Assembly (NCBI RefSeq): GCF_001194135.2
Contig: NC_068984.1
Coordinates: 66,835,792-66,886,853 of the forward strand
Direction of reading: 5' to 3'
DNA: 51,062 nt
From: Octopus bimaculoides
Taxonomy: Eukaryota
The translations under genes were made by a program, and so were the position numbers. Below the pieces are notes generated by a model. That model did not search any database and was not told the origin of the DNA. It saw nothing but the letters and a program-made list of their open reading frames with translations. Position 1 is the first letter of the stretch, and every line of letters starts with the position of its first letter. This document shows, in pieces, positions 13,821 to 25,470 of this stretch.

Positions 13821-15140
13821 TTTGTATTGTAGAACAAAAAAATTTTTTTCTGTAATGGTTGGCCAGTCTCTAGGTGAGGGCATCAAGCTGTTTATGGATG
13901 AAATGACCTACTGCGGATATGAATTGAAACAAATGAGTTTGTTGAACTGTGTTTTGCCAAAGAAATAGCACTGGTTGATTGATTTTCATTTTAGTCTGCA
14001 CTGACGTCAAAGCATAGCTAGTTGCTAAGTATGATGGGAAGAATTTAATTTATTACAAGATAAGAAAGGCTTCACATAACAGGATTTATTCTTCAGCTAG
14101 TTTCTGCTGTGTCAAATTTATTTTCACTTATTTATTTATATACTTGCTTTTTTTTTTTATAGTTAAGTGTATTGTAATTTAAGATTAGGTTGCTAATGTT
14201 TAAGTTTTCTTTCATTCTTTATTTATTTTTTATTTTCCAATGTGGAACTTGAAGATTATCAGGAAGAACTTTTGTTGCATATTGATGTCTCAAAGATGAC
14301 AAGATGCTGATCTATGTAATATCAGTTTAGTTAGTAGAAGCTAAATCACAATAACACACCCTACTGAATCACTTATATGAGCTTTAGATATTCTGGATTA
14401 AAGCTAGGAACGAATGTTAGCAACAATGTTATATTATTCTACATTTCCAAAGTAAAATAAACCAGGCATTAATCTGCAAAATTATTCTTATCCTTTCCAG
14501 TCAGGAATTAGTTTTAAGCTGTATATTTATGCTAAATTCTTTCTCATTTGGTCTAGTTAAGACCCTGAAATTACTGTGATAATTTATAAGAGTAATCTAA
14601 TTAGTTGTATTTTTAAGTTGTAGTGTATAAAGTTTTGTATTTCACACAAAATCCCTGCCAATAAGGGTCATACTGTTTTGTCAGTGTTCTTTGCCAGGTA
14701 GTAAAATTATCACCAAGGTAACATGTTGATCTTAATTCCATGGTTACAAAATTTCATTGTAGTATGGAAAACTAGTTACTGGATTCAAAGTTTGTTCATA
14801 AAAATTCATCTTAAATTGTTTCTGAGTTTCACTAGAATAAGAACTTGAACTAAATGTATAATTTACTTACAGAATAAAATCAAATGTAAAAAAATTCTTC
14901 CTTTCTCTTGTAGTTTGTACTTCAAGAAGAAAAGAAAAAGCACCTCAAAGTTATTTAGATTAAAATCTAAATGTTTATTAAGTTCTAAAGGTCAATTTTT
15001 AGTTGTTGTCTTCTTTTTGTAATGACTCTTTTTATTTTAAATTTTACATACCTTTACCAATGCTCACTGAGATTGCATGCTTTTTCTTTCAATTTTTTTT
15101 TTCTCTGGAACAATCATGGATAGTTTTCTGACTTTGTGTT

Positions 15141-15190
15141 ACTTACCTGCAAAATAAAAGTGGAAGCTTTTTATTTTTTTCCGTCAGTCT
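15141..15190 (-). other. Candidate recursive splice site (3' splice site immediately followed by a 5' splice site), junction 15147|15146
   Basis: Minus strand reads aga-CTGAC-ggaaaaaaataaaaag-cttccacttttattttgCAG|GTAAGTaa: branchpoint-like CTGAC, polypyrimidine tract, CAG and a perfect GTAAGT. Confidence 0.5.
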
Positions 15191-15370
15191 GACAAACATG
15201 AGTAAATACTGAAGTTGATGCTAATATACTTAATGCAACAAGCCAAAAACATTTTAATTAATGAAAATTACATTCTCAATTAGAAGAAAAAAAAAACACC
15301 CATTAACTTAATGATTAATTGTGAGTGAAAAATTTACAGGGAGACAACTCAGAAATTTTTAATGATTTAA

Positions 15371-15634
15371 CACTTTTGTTAACATATTTCTGTTAAAATA
15401 AAATGCTTTGTTGCAACTAATTTTGAAAATAATGATGACACTAGTAAAATATTTTGTCAGTGTTAACAAAATTTTTTATCAATATTAATAAAAATTCTTA
15501 TCAGAACCAATATGGTATTTTGAACATAAATTAGCATGAAATTTTGATGAAATGTTTCAATTTAGATCACTTAAAACAAAGAATTGCATATCATAAAAGC
15601 AGGGGCAGTTTCAAGTTGGCTGCTTTTAAAAGGG
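15371..15634 (+). mobile_element. piggyBac-type MITE, family 2
   Basis: TTAA on both sides (15367-70 and 15635-38); ends CACTTTTGTTAAC and TTTTAAAAGGG; interior shared with 21910-22358 (-) and 34827-35055 (+). Confidence 0.7.
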
Positions 15635-17023
15635 TTAAAATTAAATGTATGTCATGGCAAATGAGTTGGTTGATATGGTGACAACTTTGGATGTCATAGG
15701 CTTAGGCCTCCTCAGTGAAGCATAATTTCTTACCCACCCTTGTCACACCTTAGATGGTTAAGAGGAATAAATAAGACCAAGAGATGTCTGGATTTGTCCC
15801 TACACCTACTGAAGATAATATTTACTCTCTACTATAAGCTCGTATTCACTTTTGATTAATTGAAATTTTGGTGTTGCCTCCCCTACCTTTCTTGTATAGA
15901 ATTAATAATTAAGCTAATAGATTTATTTTTCAACTCTTGTCAGTTGTGATCTTAATTAATTAAAAATTTTCAGCTCACTTCATTGTGTTACCACACACAC
16001 TTAACTGTTTGTTCTTCATACAGAATGCATTCCTGAGTAATTTTTTTTTATCATTCTTTAGCAAACAGACTAGCACAACAGATGTAGTAAGGTTTAATCT
16101 TACAATCATGTGGTCAATAGTCTAGCATCTTAACTTCATTTTTAGAGAGTCATAGTATAGGCAGAGTCAGTAGATTATCAGATAAAAGACCATGTGATAT
16201 TTTGTCATATTCTGAATTTGAATTTCACCAAGGTTGACCATACCTTTCATTTTTCTAGGTTCAATAAAATAAGTATCAATCAAGTTTTGTGGTTGATTTA
16301 ATTGACATTTCTTTTTCCCTGAATTTGTGACCTCTTGTAATAGAAGTTGTTGTATCTTATTTTATTTGGTATATTTCTACTCACTTTCTGTCCATAGAAA
16401 CATGTCACATGTATTTTTAGTTAGGTGACAAAATGTCATAGTTATATGTCTTGAAATTTAATAATGAGAAAAAGAAAAAAAATTTGCTGTTCAAGAAGCA
16501 TGTTTTTACTGCTAAGCAAGGCATATAATAAAAAAAAATCTAGATTTTGATCTTAACTAATTGATTGGCTGCCAAGCAGAAGGAAAAAAGAAAAAGCTTG
16601 TTACTGAGAAAGTAAGTACAAAATGAACTTAGTTCAGTGCAGAAAATAAATCTCATGTTAAGTTATTTCATTCACTGTGAATTATGTTAAATAAATAAAT
16701 AATTAAATAAATAAATAGATAAATAAATAAACCTATTTTAAAATTCAAATTTTGTCTGAAATACTGGAGTATGAAAAAAGTGTCTGCTGATCAAAGTTAT
16801 TTGCTTATAGCGGCAGGAAAGTTGCTTGCTCTGACATGGCTATGTAAATTCGAGTGTATATAATATGTGAGAGCTTAAATTTAGTGAATTACTGCTGGGA
16901 GGCATCTGAGATAAAAGAAAGAAAACATAAACCAAAGACTTGATAACAAAGAGTAATATAAAATCTAAGATATTCTATGACCATACAAGATAATAAGATG
17001 ATGCAGAGATGTGATGGAATTAA

Positions 17024-17233
17024 CCCTTTGGCATTCAGATTATCCTGTCAAATGTAATACTCATTTATTCGCATCAATGTGAATTAGTCATGCATTATCT
17101 TGTAGCTTTAAAATTTCAATGACATGAGTGTTTATTTTTAGAATAATATTGTAAGGTAAGTGTGAGAGGCCAGATCTAACTAGTTTGAACATAAAACAGG
17201 TAGAATATTTTGGCTGGCATAAACGCTAAAGGG
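17024..17233 (+). mobile_element. piggyBac-type MITE, family 1
   Basis: TTAA|CCCTTTGGCATT ... AACGCTAAAGGG terminal inverted repeats; reverse copy at 27808-28032. Confidence 0.75.
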
Positions 17234-17289
17234 TTTGAACTTAATAGCAACAGCATGTCCAATGCCCTCTGTTCTCTCAAAGATTCCTC

Positions 17290-17610
17290 ATCTTGTGAAG
17301 TCACGTGGTGACCCTGTCAATACTGGTGCTTCTTAAAAAGCATCTAGTCCACACTGTAAAGTGGTTGGCATTTGGAAGATATCCCGCTGTAAAAACTAAG
17401 CCAAAACTGACCTCACCGGTGCTGGTCCCATGTAAAAAGCACTCAGTCCATTCTGTGGGGTGGTTGATGTTAGGAAGGGCATCCAACCATAAAACTATGC
17501 CAAAACAGACACAGAAGCATGGTGCAGGCTTCTGCTTGGCCAGTTCCTGTCAAACCGTCCAACCCATGCCAGCATGGAACGAGGATGTTAAACAGTGATG
17601 ATGATGATGT
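17290..17610 (+). mobile_element. Family A retroposon 3' end with a tandemly duplicated internal module
   Basis: The AAAAGCA..AGTCCA..CTGT..GTGGTTG..TTAGGAAG module occurs twice; ends CCAACCCATGCCAGCATGGAA...(GAT)n. Confidence 0.85.
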
Positions 17611-18374
17611 GAGATAGAAATCTTGAGATAGAACAAATAAATAAACTTTAATGAAATTACTATTTTCTTATATTTGTTTGCCACCCTCTCTCCCTAGTCA
17701 ACTCTGATCAAGCAAAATGCTAATGACAGCATTTCAATTGTGACTATCCTATCATATTGTTTTTATGAAACAACACTGATGACATTGACAGTGTACTCTT
17801 CATTTTGTTAAGAAAATAGTGTGTGATTTAAAAGTTATTTGACTGATATTTCTAGCATGCCTCATGACTGCATAGAAAGAAGTTCCTTCCCACTCTTGCA
17901 ATGATTAAGCAAAGCCTCTTTGAACTTATTTCTGTTGAAAATACTGAGCTAAATAAAACTTTAGATTGATTTTGCACATGGTTTCCCTCCTAAAACTGAA
18001 TAGATTATAACATATGCACACCTAAAACATGCACACAGCGACACAGACACACACACAGACACACACACACAACATAGACATACACACTTGTTAAAGTTAT
18101 TGATTGATATCATAAATCTCTTCAATTATATTAAAATCGCTATTGTATCGAAACTTAGCTTATGTAACAATACAATCAATTATATGTAAACATCATTTTA
18201 TACAATATGTACAATGGCAACTATACATACGTGAATATTTTCATGCACACATATATACATACATGTATACATACATGTATTCATGCATACACTCATGCAT
18301 ACATACATACAAACATACACACATACAAACATACACGTATACATACATACATGCATACATTCATGGATACATGT

Positions 18375-18530
18375 AGGTATGGAATAGGTGAATGGTTGAT
18401 TCACAATCATGAGGTACCAGTTTCAATTCCACAGTGTGGTGTTTTGGGCAGGTGTTTTTCTGTCATCAAGTTGACTAAAACATTGAGAGTGAAACTGGAT
18501 GGATACCCACTGTATGGAAGTCAATATGAA
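18375..18530 (+). mobile_element. SINE family C head, highly degenerate
   Basis: CAGTTTCAATTCCACAGTGTGGTGTTTTGGGCAGGTGTTTTTCTG. Confidence 0.55.
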
Positions 18531-18763
18531 GGATTGAATCAGTAACATTAAAGCTCCCCCCAACCCTTTTCTTATAAAGTTACCAGGAATCCACTTGAGA
18601 ATTGAATGAAGTTACCTCTATCAGTGCAATACATTGCCTATTACATGCTAATCCAATGAATCTGGATAAGCATGTAAGAATTCTCAGTGGAATACTCACA
18701 ATCAGAAATTATGACTATGATCCATGTTATTACACATGCATGTGTCGTATGTGTGGTGTTATC

Positions 18764-18920
18764 TGATCTGGCAATGCTTCTACAGCTTGATGACCTTCCT
18801 AACGCTAACCACTCCGATAGTGTAGTGGGTGCTTTTTACGTGTCACTGGCATGGGAGCTAATCAGGCAGCACTGGCATTAGCCACATTAGGACGGTGCTT
18901 TTTACATGCCACCAGCATGG
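18764..18920 (-). mobile_element. Family A retroposon fragment
   Basis: GATGACCTTCCTAACGCTAACCACTCCGATAGTGTAGTGGGTGCTTTTTACGTGTCAC is the reverse complement of positions 50-110. Confidence 0.8.
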
Positions 18921-19752
18921 GGAGCCAGCCAGGCATACATATATATATAGAGAGAGNNNNNNNNNNNNNNNNNNNNNNNNNNNNNNNNNNNNNNNNNNNN
19001 NNNNNNNNNNNNNNNNNNNNNNNNNNNNNNNNNNNNNNNNNNNNNNNNNNNNNNNNNNNNNNNNNNNNNNNNNNNNNNNNNNNNNNNNNNNNNNNNNNNN
19101 NNNNNNNNNNNNNNNNNNNNNNNNNNNNNNNNNNNNNNNNNNNNNNNNNNNNNNNNNNNNNNNNNNNNNNNNNNNNNNNNNNNNNNNNNNNNNNNNNNNN
19201 NNNNNNNNNNNNNNNNNNNNNNNNNNNNNNNNNNNNNNNNNNNNNNNNNNNNNNNNNNNNNNNNNNNNNNNNNNNNNNNNNNNNNNNNNNNNNNNNNNNN
19301 NNNNNNNNNNNNNNNNNNNNNNNNNNNNNNNNNNNNNNNNNNNNNNNNNNNNNNNNNNNNNNNNNNNNNNNNNNNNNNNNNNNNNNNNNNNNNNNNNNNN
19401 NNNNNNNNNNNNNNNNNNNNNNNNNNNNNNNNNNNNNNNNNNNNNNNNNNNNNNNNNNNNNNNNNNNNNNNNNNNNNNNNNNNNNNNNNNNNNNNNNNNN
19501 NNNNNNNNNNNNNNNNNNNNNNNNNNNNNNNNNNNNNNNNNNNNNNNNNNNNNNNNNNNNNNNNNNNNNNNNNNNNNNNNNNNNNNNNNNNNNNNNNNNN
19601 NNNNNNNNNNNNNNNNNNNNNNNNNNNNNNNNNNNNNNNNNNNNNNNNNNNNNNNNNNNNNNNNNNNNNNNNNNNNNNNNNNNNNNNNNNNNNNNNNNNN
19701 NNNNNNNNNNNNNNNNNNNNNNNNNNNNNNNNNNNNNNNNNNNNNNNNNNNN

Positions 19753-19797
<45 letters not shown>

Positions 19798-19831
19798 GTA
19801 TAAATTATACAGAAGGTTTGTATGTTTAGTA

Positions 19832-19870
19832 TATTACCTGTGTTAAAGTAAGAACTAGAAATAAGAATGC
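19832..19870 (-). other. Second, weaker recursive-splice-like AG|GT site, junction 19838|19837
   Basis: Minus strand ttcttatttctagttcttactttaacaCAG|GTAATA. Confidence 0.25.
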
Positions 19871-20342
19871 TTTGTTGGTGATTTGGCATTTGGGAGTTGA
19901 AGTTCCAATTTGTAAAAAAATGAGGCTGATGTTTTATTAGTAAATTCGTAACTTGTAAATACCAACTTGTGATATTTGTTTCATGCAACTGATATTTACA
20001 AAACATAGGTCCAAATTACTTTATAAAAACAGATAATAGATTTAAAACGGGATTTAGAGAGTTTATCACTGTTAAAGGTTAACTGACTCAAAGTTCTAAA
20101 ACTGATTGTAATAATAGGTATTTATTGTTATACAGAAATCACAAAATAAAGCAGATTATTATTGGAATAATAGTAAAATGAGGAAATAAAAAGATTTTAA
20201 AATCTCCCTATGCTTTATACTTGTTATTTTAGTTTCCATCAGGTTTGGAGTTAACATTTACCATAATTTAGATTGTAATTACCTCTAACCGAATTAAATG
20301 AAATCTATGCAGGTATATAGGAGTGTGAGTGCATTTATATAG

Positions 20343-20395
<53 letters not shown>

Positions 20396-20506
20396 TGTGT
20401 CTGTGTAGATATATATATATGCATATCGATATATATAGTACTAGGAGTGCTGGTGGTGATGGTTGCAGCTGTGGAAGTAGTGGCTGGAGTGGAAGTGTTA
20501 GGTGTG

Positions 20507-20730
20507 TCATCATCATCGTCGTTTAATGTCCGCTTTTCATGCTGGCATGGTTTGGAAGATTTGACTGAGGGCTAGCAAGCCAGAAGGCTGCACCAGGCTC
20601 CAATCCGATCTGGCAAAATTTCTACAGCTGGATGCCCTTCCTAATGCCAACCACTCTGAGAGTGTAGTCAGTGCTTTTTATATGCCCCCAGCAGGAGGGC
20701 CAGTCAAGTGGTACTAGCATCAACCACTGT
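20507..20730 (-). mobile_element. Family A retroposon 3' end
   Basis: (CAT)n-CGTCGTTTAATGTCCGCTTTTCATGCTGGCATGG...GATGCCCTTCCTAATGCCAACCACTC; preceded by (TG)n at 20343-20393. Confidence 0.85.
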
Positions 20731-21004
20731 CGAGTATGCACACTAACATTACACATCCATCGGAACATACTGGCTTCATTCCTTGCATGCTTACGCATGT
20801 CCTCAGCAGTCACGGCCCCTGTTTCACTGCCATGTAGCATGGCTGTTCGTACACATGCGTCATACAGTCTGCCTTTTACTCNNNNNNNNNNNNNNNNNNN
20901 NNNNNNNNNNNNNNNNNNNNNNNNNNNNNNNNNNNNNNNNNNNNNNNNNNNNNNNNNNNNNNNNNNNNNNNNNNNNNNNNNNNNNNNNNNNNNNNNNNNG
21001 CCAC

Positions 21005-21210
21005 ATTATGTTGGCAAAAAGTCATTATTTTATGGTGCTGTTACTGTATATCTTTTCTTTGAGCGATTTAGAAATAATATTATTTCTATTGTGTAGATCA
21101 GGGTCTGTGTGTCACTTTGAAATCTAAATATTTTCGACAGCAGTTCAGTAGCAACATCTAGACAACCAAGCTACTTAATGCTGATAAAGAGCAATAATCC
21201 AGAAACCAGT
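21005..21210 (+). mobile_element. Possible mariner-like remnant (left TIR plus degenerate transposase start)
   Basis: ATTATGTTGGCAAAAAGTCATT resembles the mariner TIR ATTAGGTTGGTGCAAAAGTAATT as recalled for Hsmar1/MADE1; ATGCTGATAAAGAGCAA resembles MLDKKQ with a frameshift. Confidence 0.3.
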
Positions 21211-21909
21211 CCATGGATGTGAAGTTGTGCTGCGTAGAGGTGCTGATCTCCACTGTTCGAAGATATAAGAGCACAGAATTTTTTGTGTCATATAACCATG
21301 AAACAATGTTTCATAGGGCTGAATAACACTAACATTCATCCTATCCTTGGGCTGCCAATTATGTTGGCAAAAAGTCATTACTATACACACACACGCACTC
21401 ACACACACATACACACACATATATGTGTTTTTATATATACATGTATGTATGTATATTCATATATGCATATATATGTATATATATATATACATATATTTAT
21501 ATATGTATATATGTTTATATGTATGCACATATATCTTTATGTATATGCACATATATCTTTATGTATATGCACATATATCTTTATATATATATCTATATAT
21601 GTTTATATATATATGCACATATATCTTTATATAACACACGTGTGTGTATTTGTGTGTGTATGTATACATCAATTTCTTTTTTAAAGTTGCTTTGCAACAT
21701 TTTTGAGATGATTGTGTCTATTGGAACATGTTTTGGTAAGGTCATTCTCCTTACAAAAAATTAACACTGGTTGTATTTCACACCCTATGTTTTTAATTAT
21801 GCATTAATGAATGAATGAATTAATTTGTCAAACTTTTTCATACACAATTCATACACTGATTTCTGCTTTACTGCATTTGCTTTCTCTATCAGTATTTATA
21901 AGAATTGAA

Positions 21910-22358
21910 CCTTTTTGATATCAACTCGCCCGAGATTGCCCTTGCTTCTATGATACAAATTTGCTTTCTCAAGCAACGTAAATTAAAACCTTCCATCAAA
22001 CTTTAATTTTAATTCATGTTCTAAACACCAGCCTGATAATACTTTCTATTATAGGCCCAAGGCCTGAAAGTTTTGGGGAAGGGACTAGTCGATTGCCTTG
22101 ACCCCAGCGCAGACTAGTGCTTATTTCTATTGAACCTGGTATAAATGAAAGGCAAAACCAACCTCAACACAATTTGAACTCAGAACACGAAGACAGACGA
22201 ACTGCTGGTGAGCATTTTGCCCGGCATGCTAATGGTTCTACCAGCTCACCACATTGCACCAGCTTAATAATGACAAAGTTATTTTACTAAATTCTTTGTT
22301 TTCAATAATATCTGAAACAAAGGTAATGCATTTCAACAGAAATATGGGAACACACGGG
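21910..22358 (-). mobile_element. piggyBac-type MITE family 2, interrupted by a family B SINE
   Basis: Ends TGAA|CCTTTTTGATA and CACGGG|TTAA; both halves match 15371-15634 and 34827-35055 in reverse. Confidence 0.7.
22041..22256 (-). mobile_element. SINE family B with a ~15-bp target-site duplication
   Basis: Reverse complement of 50662-50895; flanked by CACCAGCCTGATAAT (22026-22040) and CACCAGCTTAATAAT (22257-22271), 13/15 identical. Confidence 0.85.
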
Positions 22359-22814
22359 TTAATATGTGTGGGTACATGTATGAATATATGCCTGTTCTAC
22401 TGTTTCTGTCTATTCAGTGTATTCTATGTATGTGTATACTCTGCTATTTCATTTTGGATGCTTAGAATGATTCCTTGTTGCTCACATGTCTTTTGCTTTA
22501 GGTTTTATGTTATGGCAGTCGTTATCTTTGTTGTCTAGATATATTTCAAAATGTATAGCATCAGAATGTATGAGGGGGAGTCATTGGTGATTAAACAGCT
22601 GTGAAGGAAACAGATTATTTATGATGCAATTGGGTGCTTTGATATAGCATGTATAGAACATCTCAATCACAAACCTGGGCATAGAAATCATTGCAAGTTA
22701 TTATCTAGGCAGTCTCATCTCAAGAAAACAAATGCTCTGTCTATGATTGGTCTTCTGCTTCAGCATAGTGACATAGAAATCCATACACACACACATTTAT
22801 AAATATGTTTACTT

Positions 22815-23523
22815 ATATCGTTATAGGTATAAATATACCATGAACAATTCTAGAAGAATGGAGGAAAAAAATGTTGAATCAAAATTAGATTTAATACAAA
22901 ATAGGATTCAATACATAAGTGCGTTTCAAAGGACAATACAAATATGTAAGAAAAACATTATAATCATAGTAATTATAATTAAATTTATGCATTGTCTTTC
23001 TCATCAGTGTGAGGAATTTTTGGAAGGACATCAAAAAAGGTTTAATAAAATAAAGTAAATTAAAATAAGATACAATAAGGGAGAATACAAATGGGGTAAC
23101 AGGGAAAAATCGGGTATTTACAAGCAAGTTATAAAACAGGGAAAATAACAGTAATAATAATAGTGAGAGACGATAGAGAAAAACAGACAGACATATCAAT
23201 GTGTATGCACGTCTATATGTGCAGTAAACTATAACATAAAAATAAGAATAAAAATCTAATGGATATGTTTAAAAAATGGTAACAGGTTGAGACGAAGTAT
23301 TATGTAAACAGGGCCACGTGTGTATAGTAGATTATAATGTAACAGGTGCATTAGCAAAAGAAAAAAAACATAGAATTGATACGTATACATATTAATATTG
23401 TCTGTGATCGATGTTTTCCCTTGTTAATTTCTCTTTCATTTTTTCTCTGTTTGTATGTACATTTTTAATAAAATATTATAACTTTTTTCAAACATAGTCT
23501 TGCCTATCACTTTTAGCCTTGTG

Positions 23524-23563
<40 letters not shown>

Positions 23564-24156
23564 TTGTTTTTCAATATTACTATGTATATGTATAACTATC
23601 TATGTTTTTTTCTACTAGTGCACGTGTTACGTTATTTTCTACTATACACACGTGGCCCTTTTTATTATACTTCGTCTCAACCTGTTACCATTTTTAGAAG
23701 CATATCCATTAAATTTTTACCCATATTTTTATGTTGTATTTTACTGCACATATGGATGTGCATACACATTGATATGTCTGCCATTTTTTCTCTTTCGTCT
23801 CTCTCACTATTATTATTACTGTTATTTTCTCCCTTTTATAATTTGCTTGTAAATATCCGATTTTTCCCTATTATCCCACTAGTATTCTCCCGTATTGTAT
23901 CTTATTTTAATTTCCTTTATTTTATTAAACCTTTTTTGATGTCCTTTCAAAAGTTCCTCACACTGATGAGAACGACAATGCATAAATTTAATTATAATTA
24001 CTATGATTATAATATTTTTCTTACATATTTGTATTGTCCTTTGAAACGTGTATATGTACTGAATCCTATTTTGCATTTAATCTAAATTTGATTCAGAATT
24101 TTTTCTTTGCCATTTCTCTTTAATTGTGCATGGTATATCTATACCTATAACGATAT
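22815..24156. repeat. Long inverted repeat: arms 22815-23400 and 23572-24156, ~170-bp spacer
   Basis: The arms are reverse complements over ~585 bp, roughly 85-90% identical by eye. ORFs 22891-23199 (-) and 23519-24085 (+) encode near-identical peptides. Confidence 0.95.
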
Positions 24157-25388
24157 TTTTCAACTACTATTTTCAAATTCTTATTACTCGCTCTGGCTGT
24201 TTTTTTTTTAATGAATATGATGAATCTTTATTAGAAATAATTCTTTCTCTCTTTTTGGATCTCTGAAAAAGTTTGAATTGTTCTTTTTTGTTTACTTATA
24301 TATGTGCATACACATCCACATACAAACAATGCATATATGTATATGTATGTATGCACACACACACATACACACACACCTGTAAATATCAAACAAGGGGAAT
24401 GAGTGCTCAATACCGCATAGTTAGATAAAAATACTTTATTAGTGGATTAAGGCTCTCATTTGGAGATGAATATTGACATTCAATGTGATGGGTTTGATAA
24501 TTGTTGAGGGCTTCCTTAACATGAAACCAATGGAAGCCTTAATCCACACACACTCACATATAATGGAGTTAGTTAATTAATTTACTACTTCATTTACAGT
24601 CATTTTATCATAATTCAATATAATCAACTTTGCATAATGCCATAGTCATTCTAGCAACTATTGATCAATTTTTATGCACTCGATAGGTTTTCCTTAATAC
24701 ATGTTGAACATATATATATATATATATATTTACACACACGCACAGGCATGCACACACGCACACACATGTATGTATATACATGAATATGTATATGTATATA
24801 CATTCATACATAGACTACAGTTGTTGCAAGACAAACTGTGGCAAAGAAAGAACAAAATATATGACCACAGCAAGTTGTCATTTAAGGAGACATAATCAGA
24901 AACTCAATGCATTATGTGTGAGATACAAAAAATTTATAACTAGCCCTTCATTTCATTTCTGAATCAATTTTTTAATGTGTATATGTCCTTCCATAGATTT
25001 TGAACTTTGCACATTTATCATTGCATTTTCTGTTTTAATGTCCTGCTCTCTTTCTCCATTACATAATATAAAATGGGTATCAAGATACATTTTCATATGT
25101 ATGTTAAGAATATACTTTGTTTTTGTATCTGGTTTGCAAGATTCTTTATGTGAATTTGTGTGTTGAAACATATTTTGTTGTGTCTGGGAGAGTCATACTG
25201 CCTTAATATGTAACACACTCACCAGTTCAGTTTCCACTTATTTATTATTTATCTTTTTTGTATTCTGAAAGCTTTTGTTGCTTTTGCAACCTTGTCAAAG
25301 GATGTTGACGCTGTCGTTTAAGAACATACATTTACCATTATGTATGTCTGTATGAATGTTTAAGTGTATGTGCATTTGTGTATGTGCA

Positions 25389-25390
<2 letters not shown>

Positions 25391-25466
<76 letters not shown>
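25391..25466. repeat. (TG)n microsatellite
   Basis: Direct reading. Confidence 0.95.

Positions 25467-25470
<4 letters not shown>

Noticed and set aside
22840-24085. Near-identical ORFs on opposite strands suggesting a duplicated gene
   Set aside because: They are a by-product of the inverted repeat; stop positions differ between arms and no homology is recognisable.
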